NCBI GenBank assembly: GCA_000961765.1
Contig: LADT01000042.1
Span: 40,907-104,906 of the forward strand
Length of the DNA: 64,000 bases
Direction: 5' to 3'
Source: Clostridiaceae bacterium BRH_c20a
Lineage (GTDB): Bacteria; Bacillota; Peptococcia; Peptococcales; BICA1-8
Shown here: one piece after another, positions 10,102 through 19,455 of the stretch
How positions within the stretch are numbered: position 1 is the stretch's first letter
Layout of the letters: the number at the start of each line of letters is the position of its first letter
Position numbers and translations under genes: made by a program
The notes under the pieces: generated by a model
The model's database searches: none
Told to the model about the DNA's origin: nothing
Seen by the model: the letters and a program-made list of their open reading frames with translations, nothing else

Positions 10102-10244
10102 AAAACAAACCGCCCTTCTCAATAAATTAAGACGTAAACGTATAAAAAATCAGGATATTCTAGTGATATATCATCAATATACTAAGATGGGTGGTTACCG
10201 TTATGATTTTCCCTAAATGCTTATAAATAAGTATAGTTTCAATT

Positions 10245-12104
10245 TCACCTTATAGTAAAAGCTAAACCCAACTCCAGTAATTTTTCCCGGGTTGGATGAC
10301 CTGTTTCCACATTCCATCCTCTAACAGTATAATATTTGTCTAATAGTTTATTAATATCAAAGCTCTGACCCTGGGAAGCTCCTTCTTTTAGGGGTTCTGC
10401 ATATCTTGGGGGTAGTTTATCATCTTTTTTACCCAGACCCAATCTAACATTATACATCCGTTCCAGGTTAACAATCCGTTCTCCAATCTTTAATAGTTCC
10501 TGCTCATCAATTTCCCAGCCTGTTACTGTCCATAAGGCTTTTGCTGTCATCTCTATGGGAATGGTTAAAGCCATTTGGGCAAATTTGCACATTTCCAGTG
10601 AATCGGTGAAGCCACTTACCTCTTCAGACCATTTGACCAGTTTTTCCTTTCCGGTATAAGCAAAACGATCGACTACTTCTTCTGATCCAAAGGCCCGTAC
10701 TGCGTCTTCCTTAGTCCAAGTGGTCTCGGCTAAGGGAAAGGCCCGCAAATGGTCTGCACCCCGGTTCGATACAGCCCAACCTAGCCCCCAGGCTTTCATG
10801 CCTCGCGGTTCTTGCTCTGCGGGCTCCAAACCTTTGACATGGATGGCAAAATCTTCGGAACCCTTTATTTCTTCAGAAAGCTTTCTAACTCCTTGAGCTA
10901 ACCAAGCTCCACAGCCCTCACGATAGGCTATCTTTCTAACCAATTCTATGATGGTTTCGACATTACCCCAGCTTAGATCAAGATTATCAACCTGTTCCTT
11001 GTTAATAAGCCCTCTCTGATAACATTCCATTATAAAGGATATTACTCCGCCGGTGGATATAGAATCCAAGCCAAACTGATTTAGAAGCTGGTTCAGTTTC
11101 AATATAGAGGGCAGGCTGTAATTTCCACATCTTGGTCCAATGGCTACAATTGTCTCATATTCCGGCCCTTCCGAGTATGCATCAGAATAAGGACCTTGTT
11201 CAGTATACTTAGTATACCTGCTGCAATGAATGGGACAGGCAAAACAACCCTTTAGACCAGTGGTATATGCCGCTATCTTATCTGATGTTAGCTTTTTAGT
11301 TTGTTCATCATAGGCTTTCTGAGCATTATTAATGGGCATAGTACCATTACGAATATATATATCTGTAATAGCCGTCGTCCCTAATGTGGATCTTATCGGA
11401 TAACCAGGCGCACTGTAGATATGCTTCAGCATTTCATCAACAACTTTTAGGTGTTCCTCAGGATGGGCAATTTTTACCGGTTGGGTTCCTCGTACTACAA
11501 CAGCTTTCAGGTTCTTAGAGCCCATTACCGCTCCCATACCGCAGCGCCCTACCGCCCGCTTTAAGTTATTGATAATAGCTGCATATTTGACCTGATTTTC
11601 CCCTGCTTGCCCAATTGCTGCTACTTGAATATTTGGACCCAAGGTTTCTTTTAGGCTAACTGTTGTCTCCCAGACATCCCGTCCCCAAAGGTGCGCTGCT
11701 TCTTTTATTTCTACTTGGCCGTCATTTATCCAGATATATACCGGTTTTTCAGATACCCCTGTTATTACCACTGTATCAAACCCTGCATATTTGAGCTCCG
11801 GTGCCCAAAATCCTGCCGAATTGCCATCACCAAAGATACCTGTTAGAGGTGACTTAGCTGTCACAGTATACCGACCATTGGTGGGTATAAGACTTCCGGT
11901 TAGAGGGCCGGTACTAAAAATTAACGGATTATCTGGTCCTAAAGGATCGGTTTCTGCTACAGTCATGTCATATAATATTTTAGCATTTAAGCCTCGCCCG
12001 CCGAGATATTGTTTTAATAGTTTTTCTGCTATATCTTCATGGTAAACCTTACTATTGCTTAAGTCGATAATGACCTTTTTACCTGTCCATCCATACATAT
12101 TCAA
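10245..12104 (-). CDS. Aldehyde:ferredoxin oxidoreductase family tungsten-pterin enzyme (AOR-2)
   Basis: 619 aa. GGRGLNAKILYD, CFACPIHC, and a distal Cys in SLEMCKF. Paralog of AOR-1. Confidence 0.9.
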   Translation of the reverse strand: MNMYGWTGKKVIIDLSNSKVYHEDIAEKLLKQYLGGRGLNAKILYDMTVAETDPLGPDNPLIFSTGPLTGSLIPTNGRYTVTAKSPLTGIFGDGNSAGFWAPELKYAGFDTVVITGVSEKPVYIWINDGQVEIKEAAHLWGRDVWETTVSLKETLGPNIQVAAIGQAGENQVKYAAIINNLKRAVGRCGMGAVMGSKNLKAVVVRGTQPVKIAHPEEHLKVVDEMLKHIYSAPGYPIRSTLGTTAITDIYIRNGTMPINNAQKAYDEQTKKLTSDKIAAYTTGLKGCFACPIHCSRYTKYTEQGPYSDAYSEGPEYETIVAIGPRCGNYSLPSILKLNQLLNQFGLDSISTGGVISFIMECYQRGLINKEQVDNLDLSWGNVETIIELVRKIAYREGCGAWLAQGVRKLSEEIKGSEDFAIHVKGLEPAEQEPRGMKAWGLGWAVSNRGADHLRAFPLAETTWTKEDAVRAFGSEEVVDRFAYTGKEKLVKWSEEVSGFTDSLEMCKFAQMALTIPIEMTAKALWTVTGWEIDEQELLKIGERIVNLERMYNVRLGLGKKDDKLPPRYAEPLKEGASQGQSFDINKLLDKYYTVRGWNVETGHPTREKLLELGLAFTIR

Positions 12105-12110
12105 CCCCCC

Positions 12111-12515
12111 CTATTCAACCAAACTCAGTGTTTTTGTCGGACAATATTTAACACAGGCCGGGTCCCCGCCACAGATATCACATTTTAATATTATGTTTAG
12201 GCTTTGATGAAACCAAATAGCATTAAAGGGACAAGCTTCTACACAGGCCTGACATTGGGTACATAAATCATTAATATAAAGCACAACACCTGTTTTTTCA
12301 TCTTTATACAGCGCACCGGTGGGACAAGCTTCTACACATTTGGGCTTACTACATTGCCTGCAAACAACAGGCTTTTCTGTTCCCCGTATTTCATCTTTCT
12401 CAATTTTAATTCTACCTCTTGATGGGTCACATACCTCACTTTTATTGAAACTGCATATCACTTCACAATAGCGACAGCCAGTACATGTATGTCTATCAAC
12501 CTTAATGAAACTCAT
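12111..12515 (-). CDS. 4Fe-4S dicluster/multicluster ferredoxin-like partner of AOR-2
   Basis: 134 aa with CTGCRYCEVIC, CRQCSKPKC..CP, CTQCQACVEACP and CDICGG..C..CP. Confidence 0.85.
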   Translation of the reverse strand: MSFIKVDRHTCTGCRYCEVICSFNKSEVCDPSRGRIKIEKDEIRGTEKPVVCRQCSKPKCVEACPTGALYKDEKTGVVLYINDLCTQCQACVEACPFNAIWFHQSLNIILKCDICGGDPACVKYCPTKTLSLVE

Positions 12516-12627
12516 ACTTTTCCCCCTTTAAAAAAAAGCAATTTTTCATAAACTTCTCCGAAGGATTTAAAAACACCTTTTCATTTTTAGATGAAATATC
12601 AGGAAAGTGTTTATCTTTAAATGATAA

Positions 12628-12655
12628 GAAAAAACCACCGGGAAATCTCCGGTGG
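12628..12655 (-). terminator. Rho-independent terminator after the VUT-like gene
   Basis: Minus-strand RNA reads CCACCGGAGAUUUCCCGGUGG followed by UUUUUUCUU. Confidence 0.6.
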
Positions 12656-12698
12656 AATAAAAAAGTAGGCGTATTTTAATAAAATTAGCTTTACTCGG

Positions 12699-13484
12699 TT
12701 ATAGTTTACTTATCGGTGCAACTATAATAGGATCATCGCTTTGCAGAATATAACCTTTATCTCTAAAGTAAGACATGCTGTAAAGGAAGACAATCTCTAA
12801 TACTCCAGTAATTAATCGAACAATTACGGATATTAAAATCATTTCAATTAATTTCGATGCTGGAACAACAAAGGCAAAGGCAAGCAGCGTAAATATTATG
12901 GCATTGACAAAAAGTCCTGTAGCTGTAGAAACAAACGTTCTTAACCAAAGCATACCGCCCTCTGTTCTGCGTTTAACAAAGTCAAATAAATTTACATTAA
13001 TTATACCGCCAACATAAGTCGCTAGCATACTGGAAATAGCTACCCTTGGCACTATCCCCATTAAGTTTTTAAATGTTCCAAAATTTTCTGAATTAAAAGA
13101 GGGAGCTGGTAGAAAAATTAACCAGATGAGGAACAGGGTGGAAAGGGCTCGCACTATAAACTGCGCATAGACGGAAGATTTAGCGATCTTTGGACCATAA
13201 AATTCATTTAAATAGTCTTCACCCAAGGCCAAAATGGGGTACATTAAAGACCCAGCAACTATAAAATATTCTACTCCCCCTACGGATAATCCCACGAATT
13301 TGGAGGAAGTAAAGGAAACCATGATCTGCAAACCGCCCATTAATCCTACAATAACAAATGGTGCATATTTCTTGCCAAATTTTTCTGCCAGCAAGCAACC
13401 TACGGAAATCGTTAATAAACCAAAAATACATGTTAATAAGAGATTTGGAACACCTGACCAAGGACCACTAATCCAAGGACCCAT
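12699..13484 (-). CDS. VUT/YhhQ-family (DUF165) transporter, queuosine-precursor-transporter-like
   Basis: 261 aa, about 6-7 TM. The segments SSMLATYVGGIINVNLFDFVKRR and TGLFVNAIIFTLLAF resemble E. coli YhhQ motifs as I remember them. Confidence 0.6.
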   Translation of the reverse strand: MGPWISGPWSGVPNLLLTCIFGLLTISVGCLLAEKFGKKYAPFVIVGLMGGLQIMVSFTSSKFVGLSVGGVEYFIVAGSLMYPILALGEDYLNEFYGPKIAKSSVYAQFIVRALSTLFLIWLIFLPAPSFNSENFGTFKNLMGIVPRVAISSMLATYVGGIINVNLFDFVKRRTEGGMLWLRTFVSTATGLFVNAIIFTLLAFAFVVPASKLIEMILISVIVRLITGVLEIVFLYSMSYFRDKGYILQSDDPIIVAPISKL

Positions 13485-13508
13485 GAAAAACCCTCCTTTA
13501 AATTTATA

Positions 13509-14387
13509 TTATATTTTTAAAATCTCCTTGCTAATCTCAAACCTTACAGTGCATAAAGGATTAACCACTTGACAAATTCTTAAATGAGCACACTGGCCTG
13601 TTAGAGCATAAGCCTCATCAAAAGTTATATTCAGTTTTTCCCGAATAAAACCAATCATTGACCGTGTCGCTTCTTTACAGGCTTCTACCAAATCTTCATT
13701 AGAAACAACTATTTCATAACTGTCTTTAGTCTCAATTAGTGGATGTTTTATACTTTTAGCTTTGATAACATTAACTGTTAGAGTTACTACACTTCCAATT
13801 TCAATTCCAGTTCCTAATACTTCCCCTTCACCCATGGCAGCATGAACATCACCCACCGCCAATAACGCTCCTTCAACACTTACCGGTAGATAAACCTTAC
13901 TACCAGGAGCAAGAGAAAGTACATCCATATTACCACCGTGATTACCTTGTCTTAAACAATCAATTTCTTCCAGGGGAGCAACTCCAATAGTGCCAATCAT
14001 GGGCTTAACAGGAAAGCTAATTTTCTCATTAAAAAATACTCTGCCATTTTCCACGTTTACCTTTTTCAAATAGGGCTTAGTGACCTCATCCATTAAAATA
14101 CCCATCCACTGCCCCATCCACATCTTACCCTGACTTTTCAAATCAATTTTGTCGATAGAAACTTCCAATAAATCGCCAGACTGAGCACCTTCAATATATA
14201 CAGGGCCCGTAATAGAGAGAATCCGTTGAGGATAATTACCGTCACTATAATCTTTTTCAAAGACTTCATCGGGAATTCCGGGAGAACGAGTTTCTATTTT
14301 AAAAGTTTCCCCATCTTCCACCTTAGCAATTGGTTCATTAAATGGTGACATGGTATGAATTATCTTTTCATCGGAAATAAACCGCAA
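13509..14387 (-). CDS. Acetamidase/formamidase-family amidohydrolase
   Basis: 292 aa. The N-terminal pattern (HTMSPFNEPIAKVEDGETFKIETR) and the GNHGGNMD / GDVHAAMGEGE segments are typical of the FmdA/AmdA family. Confidence 0.7.
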   Translation of the reverse strand: MRFISDEKIIHTMSPFNEPIAKVEDGETFKIETRSPGIPDEVFEKDYSDGNYPQRILSITGPVYIEGAQSGDLLEVSIDKIDLKSQGKMWMGQWMGILMDEVTKPYLKKVNVENGRVFFNEKISFPVKPMIGTIGVAPLEEIDCLRQGNHGGNMDVLSLAPGSKVYLPVSVEGALLAVGDVHAAMGEGEVLGTGIEIGSVVTLTVNVIKAKSIKHPLIETKDSYEIVVSNEDLVEACKEATRSMIGFIREKLNITFDEAYALTGQCAHLRICQVVNPLCTVRFEISKEILKI

Positions 14388-14557
14388 TTTTAGAACCTCC
14401 TTTTAGTATATTTATTAATACTCTTAGCCCAGGCTTTTTGATTTTCGAGTATTTTCACTATAAGTGTACAATTTATCACAATCCTCGACTATGGCAATTT
14501 ACACATATCTTTTTATTATTTTTGGTATATTAGCACAACATTATATATATTTTACAT

Positions 14558-14590
14558 AAAAAAACCCCCCACCAATTTACAATGGCAGGG
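14558..14590 (-). terminator. Rho-independent terminator after the flavoprotein gene
   Basis: Minus-strand RNA reads CCCUGCCAUUGUAAAUUGGUGGGG followed by GGUUUUUUU. Confidence 0.6.
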
Positions 14591-14691
14591 TTTGAAAGCA
14601 TGGGAAACTTCATATAAAGGGTTATAGTAATCCTTGCAGATAAGACCTAATTGCCTTTATTAAAAGCCGAAAGCTATCTAACACTTTGTAA

Positions 14692-15306
14692 TTAGCGAAG
14701 GCTTCTTGTGGCCAGGCTAACCTCGTAAATTCGCTTCACCATTACAGACAATTCAGCCTGGGCTCCCTGATCATCACTGGAGGGCTTTTGCGCTGCCACT
14801 CCGCAATGACCCGGCTTATCACTTCTATAGCTAGGATTGACTACAGTAATTCCTTGAATCAGCATAATATCCTGGATGGTACGCAAGGTTCCTTCCTGAC
14901 CTCCAAACCGCGAAGCACCCACGGCCACAGCACCACCAACTTTGTTTAGTAAAACCTTGCCCGTCCACATATAACGGGCCTTGTCCCAAAAGGCTTTTAG
15001 CTGAGCACTTACTGTGCCGAAGTATACCGGAGAGCCTACAATAATTCCATCTGCTTCCCTTAGCAGCTGGTGAACTTCATAGAGGGGACTGTCCACCACA
15101 CAGGCTCCCCTGCAGGGGGTTGAACAATTGGTGCAAAAGGGAACGGGAAACTGGTTCATGATTTCACCCGCCTGAATCAAGCAGGTAAGACCACCCATGG
15201 CCTCAACCTGTTCCATTGCTTTATTTAGCAGATATGCAGTGTTGCCATCTTTAATAGGGCTTCCATTTATACCCACAATAAATACAGGTTTCTCTCTTTC
15301 CAACAT
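14692..15306 (-). CDS. Flavodoxin-like FMN reductase / iron-sulfur flavoprotein family
   Basis: 204 aa. Contains VGINGSPIKDGNT, the Cys cluster CTNCSTPCRGAC, and GSPVYFGTVSAQLKAF. Confidence 0.65.
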   Translation of the reverse strand: MLEREKPVFIVGINGSPIKDGNTAYLLNKAMEQVEAMGGLTCLIQAGEIMNQFPVPFCTNCSTPCRGACVVDSPLYEVHQLLREADGIIVGSPVYFGTVSAQLKAFWDKARYMWTGKVLLNKVGGAVAVGASRFGGQEGTLRTIQDIMLIQGITVVNPSYRSDKPGHCGVAAQKPSSDDQGAQAELSVMVKRIYEVSLATRSLR

Positions 15307-15327
15307 TACCCACCTCTTTACTGCAAT

Positions 15328-16755
15328 TTATTTTAACTCTTTGAGGATCTGGACCACCCATTCCCTAGAAGTTCTGGTTTCCGCAGCCAGGAAGTCCACT
15401 TCCTCCTTACTTACATGGGTAATCTTGCTGCTTTCAAGTGAATTGCGGAGGTATGAGCGGCGTAATTTGCCCAAGGACTGGTCAGTCACTTGAAGCTGTG
15501 AAAAACGCTCCGGAATGACTATTGTTTTCCCCGGAACATTCTCTGCGGGGTCACCTCTTCTGATTTCAACGCCCATATTCTTGGCAAAATTCAACTGTGC
15601 CATAGGATGCTTTCCGGCCCCAGTGTATTCTGTTTCCTGGACAACAACTATTTCATCCTGGTCATATTCACTGGCAATTGCCAGGGCTGCAGCCAGGGAA
15701 GTATTGCCAGCGGGACCCCGCTCAAGTCCTTCTACTTCAGCCAAGGCCTGAGTGACATAGAAAACCTCTCCCTGGGTAACTGTAACATAACGGTCCAGGT
15801 AACGCAGAGGCCTAGCCGCACTCCGGGGAACATCGGTCCTGTCCGGCCAGGAAGCAAAGGGTACACCAAAGCCTGTATGCCCGGTGGTAAATGACTTACG
15901 GTTAAAATCATAGTCAGAGGCCATATGTAATCCCATCAGATCAACACTGACCCCAATTACCTTAGTATCAATACATCCGGCTTTCAACAGACCTCGAGCC
16001 GTTCCCGTTACATTGCCTCCCCCTGCGTGGGTGACAATAACAGCGGCCGGGTCCTGGCTATATCTTTCCCTTACCTGTCCGGCCAACTCATAGCCTAAAG
16101 TCTCCACCCCTGATATGCCTAGTGGGCTGTATAGGGATGCATTGAAAAATCCTGTCTCTTCTAAAAGAAGCAGAGACATGTAAAAAAGCTCCGGCCCAAC
16201 GGTCAACTGGATAACCTCCGCACCTAACGCCTCGCATTTACGGGTCTTTTCAATTATCTCAGGCTGTCCAATATGTTTGGAATCAAATACCTCTTGAACA
16301 ATGATGCACTTTAATCCCCTCATTGCAGCCTGAGAAGCGACAGCGGCCCCATAGTTGCCGCTGGTTGCAGCTATTACACCGGGATAACCTTTTTCACGGG
16401 CATGATAAACAGAGATGGAGGCCCGTCTGTCCTTAAAGCTCCCCGCAGGATTTGCGGCCTCGTCTTTGACCATAATCCGAGCCCCTTTTCCCGACGGCGA
16501 ATTGGCCCGGACCAGGGCTGTGAGATTTTTGAGCTCGAACAAGGGGGTATTGCCTACACCCGCCTGTTTCTGAATGGCCGCTGTTTCCTCCAGAGAATAA
16601 GCAGTATTATTCATCATTCCTTCATAATCAAAGGCTAGGGGCGATATTTCAAAGGCAGCGTAATCTATTCCTAAGGCTTTGTTCATTATGTCGTTTTTCC
16701 TGCCCAACACAGACCCATAAGATATGTCCTTTGTCAATTTTCCTTCACCCCCCAT
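15328..16755 (-). CDS. ortB: 2-amino-4-oxopentanoate thiolase beta subunit-like (PLP enzyme, OrtB family)
   Basis: 475 aa. Trp-synthase-beta-fold PLP motif NPAGSFKDRRA and ATSGNYGAA. Overlaps the upstream ~100-aa OrtA-like ORF by 22 nt. Confidence 0.8.
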   Translation of the reverse strand: MGGEGKLTKDISYGSVLGRKNDIMNKALGIDYAAFEISPLAFDYEGMMNNTAYSLEETAAIQKQAGVGNTPLFELKNLTALVRANSPSGKGARIMVKDEAANPAGSFKDRRASISVYHAREKGYPGVIAATSGNYGAAVASQAAMRGLKCIIVQEVFDSKHIGQPEIIEKTRKCEALGAEVIQLTVGPELFYMSLLLLEETGFFNASLYSPLGISGVETLGYELAGQVRERYSQDPAAVIVTHAGGGNVTGTARGLLKAGCIDTKVIGVSVDLMGLHMASDYDFNRKSFTTGHTGFGVPFASWPDRTDVPRSAARPLRYLDRYVTVTQGEVFYVTQALAEVEGLERGPAGNTSLAAALAIASEYDQDEIVVVQETEYTGAGKHPMAQLNFAKNMGVEIRRGDPAENVPGKTIVIPERFSQLQVTDQSLGKLRRSYLRNSLESSKITHVSKEEVDFLAAETRTSREWVVQILKELK

Positions 16756-17045
16756 AGCTGCTCCCGCAGTTCTGAACCGATACGCTGAAGTTCTGCCACC
16801 GCTGGCCCAAAACTCTGAGTATAACCGGGGTTGACCTCGGTTAGTTCTCCCTGGATTATCCGCCCTGTTACGGTTTTAATTGAGCAAAGCTGTCCTTTTT
16901 CACATTCATCCAGTGCAAAACCTTTTATCCACATTTCAAAGGGTACTGTACGTGTTTCTTCCGGCAGGGAAGCAAGCCTATCCTGAACTTCAAAAATTAT
17001 CCCATGAACCTCTACCCAGTCCCCTGGTTTACATTTTAAATCCAT
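16734..17045 (-). CDS. ortA: 2-amino-4-oxopentanoate thiolase alpha subunit-like (OrtA family)
   Basis: 103 aa. The pattern GDWVEVH...VPFEMWIKGF...TVTGR...G.L.EVNP.Y...FG matches my memory of OrtA. Sits directly upstream of OrtB. Confidence 0.7.
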   Translation of the reverse strand: MDLKCKPGDWVEVHGIIFEVQDRLASLPEETRTVPFEMWIKGFALDECEKGQLCSIKTVTGRIIQGELTEVNPGYTQSFGPAVAELQRIGSELREQLWGVKEN

Positions 17046-17061
17046 ACTTATCCCCCTTTCA

Positions 17062-18414
17062 TTACCACCCTTTAACCATATCTAAAACGTTGTCCGGCAC
17101 CTTACCACTAATGGCATCGGCAATTGCCCCTTCCAAAATAGATATTCCCCGGTCAAGCTCCTCTTGTGTAATTACTAGCGGCGGACAAATTCTTAAGACT
17201 GACCCGCTGAAGAAAGTAAGATAAAGTCCTTGTTCATAACAACGCCAGACTATTTTGGCCGCCAGATCCCGGGCTCTTTCCCGGGAAGATCTATCTTTAA
17301 CAAGATCCACACCTATCATAAAACCCTGTCCCCGTACCTGACTGATCTGTTCATATTCTTCCGCAAGACGGTTAAATCTTTCTCTGATGTAACGACCCAT
17401 TTCCTCCGTTTTCTTTAATAACCCTTCCCGGCGAATTATGCCAATAGTCGCTAGGGATGCAGCACAACAAATTGGATTACCTGAAGTACAGAAGACATGT
17501 CCCGGTGAAGTCCAGGCTTCAAAAATCTCCTTCCTAGCTACCAAGGCAGATAATGGCATCCCTGAGGCTAGTGCTTTGCCAATTACAATGATATCAGGCT
17601 CAAGATTAAAGTGTTCTATACCAAACCATTTCCCGGTGCGGCCCATGCCGGTCTGAACTTCTTCCGAGACAAAAAGAATCCCATGCTTCTTACAAAAATC
17701 ATAGAGATACTGCATATACTCCTGGGGCGGAATTATTATACCCGAATCTCCCTGAATGGGCTCCATGATTACAGCAGCCACTTCATCAGGTGAAAACAGA
17801 GTTTCAAACATCCCAAGAAAGTACTGATAGCAGGCTAAGCCGCATCTCTCGGCATTCTGGTGTCCTAGGGGGCACCGATAACAGTCAGGGTAGGGGACGT
17901 GATAAATTTCTGGTACCCCAGGACCGAAGTGATAACGCATGGGTAAACTGACCGCTGAAATGCCCATGGCGCCATAGGTATTGCCATGATAAGAACGCAA
18001 AAAGGCTATGATTTTCTGGCGTCCCGTATAAGCCCTGGCCGCTTTAATTGCCCCGTCATTGGCATCTCCACCGGAGACACCATATGCCACTCTTTTCTCA
18101 AAGTTCCCCGGGGTTATTACTGTTAGCTCTTCTGTAAGCTCTGTCAGTTTTTCGTGGAAAGCATATGCGGGGTTACAGTGGATTAAGGATTCTGCTTGTT
18201 CTTTAATTGCCTCTACCACTGCCGGGTGATTGTGGCCAACGTTTGAGATGGCGCCGAAGGAAAGGAAATCAATGTATTTCCTACCTTCCAGGTCCTCTAA
18301 AACAGCACCCCTGCCGGACTTCACAACTAAGGGAAAAAAGGGAATGCGGATAGAGCGGGAAAGCAGTTTCTCATCCTTATCAATTATAGACCGGGTTTTA
18401 TTACTGATATCCAT
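17062..18414 (-). CDS. Class-III (omega-) aminotransferase
   Basis: 450 aa. Contains SGGDANDGAIK, DEVQTG-type SEEVQTGMGRTG, and the PLP-lysine context IVIGKALASG. Confidence 0.85.
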   Translation of the reverse strand: MDISNKTRSIIDKDEKLLSRSIRIPFFPLVVKSGRGAVLEDLEGRKYIDFLSFGAISNVGHNHPAVVEAIKEQAESLIHCNPAYAFHEKLTELTEELTVITPGNFEKRVAYGVSGGDANDGAIKAARAYTGRQKIIAFLRSYHGNTYGAMGISAVSLPMRYHFGPGVPEIYHVPYPDCYRCPLGHQNAERCGLACYQYFLGMFETLFSPDEVAAVIMEPIQGDSGIIIPPQEYMQYLYDFCKKHGILFVSEEVQTGMGRTGKWFGIEHFNLEPDIIVIGKALASGMPLSALVARKEIFEAWTSPGHVFCTSGNPICCAASLATIGIIRREGLLKKTEEMGRYIRERFNRLAEEYEQISQVRGQGFMIGVDLVKDRSSRERARDLAAKIVWRCYEQGLYLTFFSGSVLRICPPLVITQEELDRGISILEGAIADAISGKVPDNVLDMVKGW

Positions 18415-18441
18415 AAACTAACCCCCTTTACACTTGATAAA

Positions 18442-19455
18442 TTAATCTAGTTTAACTTTTTGCCCAATCTTCCGGGCTAAGGCCTCTTGGTATACATGCC
18501 AGCCGCTCAGGACATCTTGGGCCGCTGTTCCGACACTCTTAAAAAGGGTGTAATCCTCCGGTGTGCGCCGCCCCTCTACTGAGCCCATCAGGACGTGCCC
18601 CAGTTCAATAACTTGTTCCTCTTTAATCAGGCCCTGGGCTAGCGGACGAGCCAGGTCTCCGGGGACAAAGGCAGCAGGCTTACTATCAACTGTAATAATA
18701 CTGGAGGCCTGTACCAGTTCCTCATCGATTTCCTGCATAGAGGAGCTAAATGAGCCAGTGGCATTAACATGGGTTCCCGGCTTTAGCCATTCTTTCCGGA
18801 CAATAGGCTCATAGGATGTAGTGCAAGCACAGATAACATCACTCTGGTTACATAATTCCGCAGCTGAAGTACAGATTATTATTTCTACGGGTCTGGCTGC
18901 TTTTTCCGTCAATTCCTTCAGTTGGCCGACTAGGGTTTCCACTTTACTAAGGGTCCGGGAATAGAGCAAAATCTTTTCGATGGGTCTTACTGCCAAGACA
19001 GCCTCGGCCTGATGGAAGGACATACTCCCTGCTCCCAGTACTCCCAAGGTAGACGCCTCTGGTCGGGCTAAGGCCGCGGTAGCCACAGCCGAAGCTGCTC
19101 CCGTTCGGATTGCCGTCAGGTAAGTAGCATCCATAACTGCTTCCAGTTGGCCAGTCTTATTATTAACAAGCATTAAAGATCCTATGGTTGCCGGTAGTCC
19201 CTGGGAGGGGTTTTCCGGAAACAGCGAAACGATTTTGACACTTAACAATTCTTCATCCCCCACCAAGCCGGACATAACCAGCATATCTGCTTCCTGTGAA
19301 GGGATGGAGACTTGGTGCCGTTGGGGAACGTTGACCTTTTTGTCTGCTATGTTAATAAACGCCTTGGATGTAGCTTCTATTGCTGCTTTTATTGGGAAAA
19401 GCTGTCGAACTTCAGCTTGGTTTAAAATTAACAAGCTATCAACTCCCGTTTTCAA
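18442..19455 (-). CDS. Ornithine cyclodeaminase / mu-crystallin family NAD(P) enzyme
   Basis: 337 aa. Contains DATYLTAIRTGAASAVAT and the Rossmann motif LGVLGAGSMSFHQ. Confidence 0.8.
   Translation of the reverse strand: MKTGVDSLLILNQAEVRQLFPIKAAIEATSKAFINIADKKVNVPQRHQVSIPSQEADMLVMSGLVGDEELLSVKIVSLFPENPSQGLPATIGSLMLVNNKTGQLEAVMDATYLTAIRTGAASAVATAALARPEASTLGVLGAGSMSFHQAEAVLAVRPIEKILLYSRTLSKVETLVGQLKELTEKAARPVEIIICTSAAELCNQSDVICACTTSYEPIVRKEWLKPGTHVNATGSFSSSMQEIDEELVQASSIITVDSKPAAFVPGDLARPLAQGLIKEEQVIELGHVLMGSVEGRRTPEDYTLFKSVGTAAQDVLSGWHVYQEALARKIGQKVKLD

Noticed and set aside
13219-13461. 80-aa same-strand alternative-frame ORF within the VUT-like gene (and similar ones at 22552-22734, 23389-23622, 32894-33094, 38033-38221, 50356-50571, 59307-59511, 60309-60524)
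   Set aside because: They are fully nested in longer ORFs with coherent membrane or enzyme features. Their compositions are Arg/Cys/Trp-rich, typical of off-frame translation.
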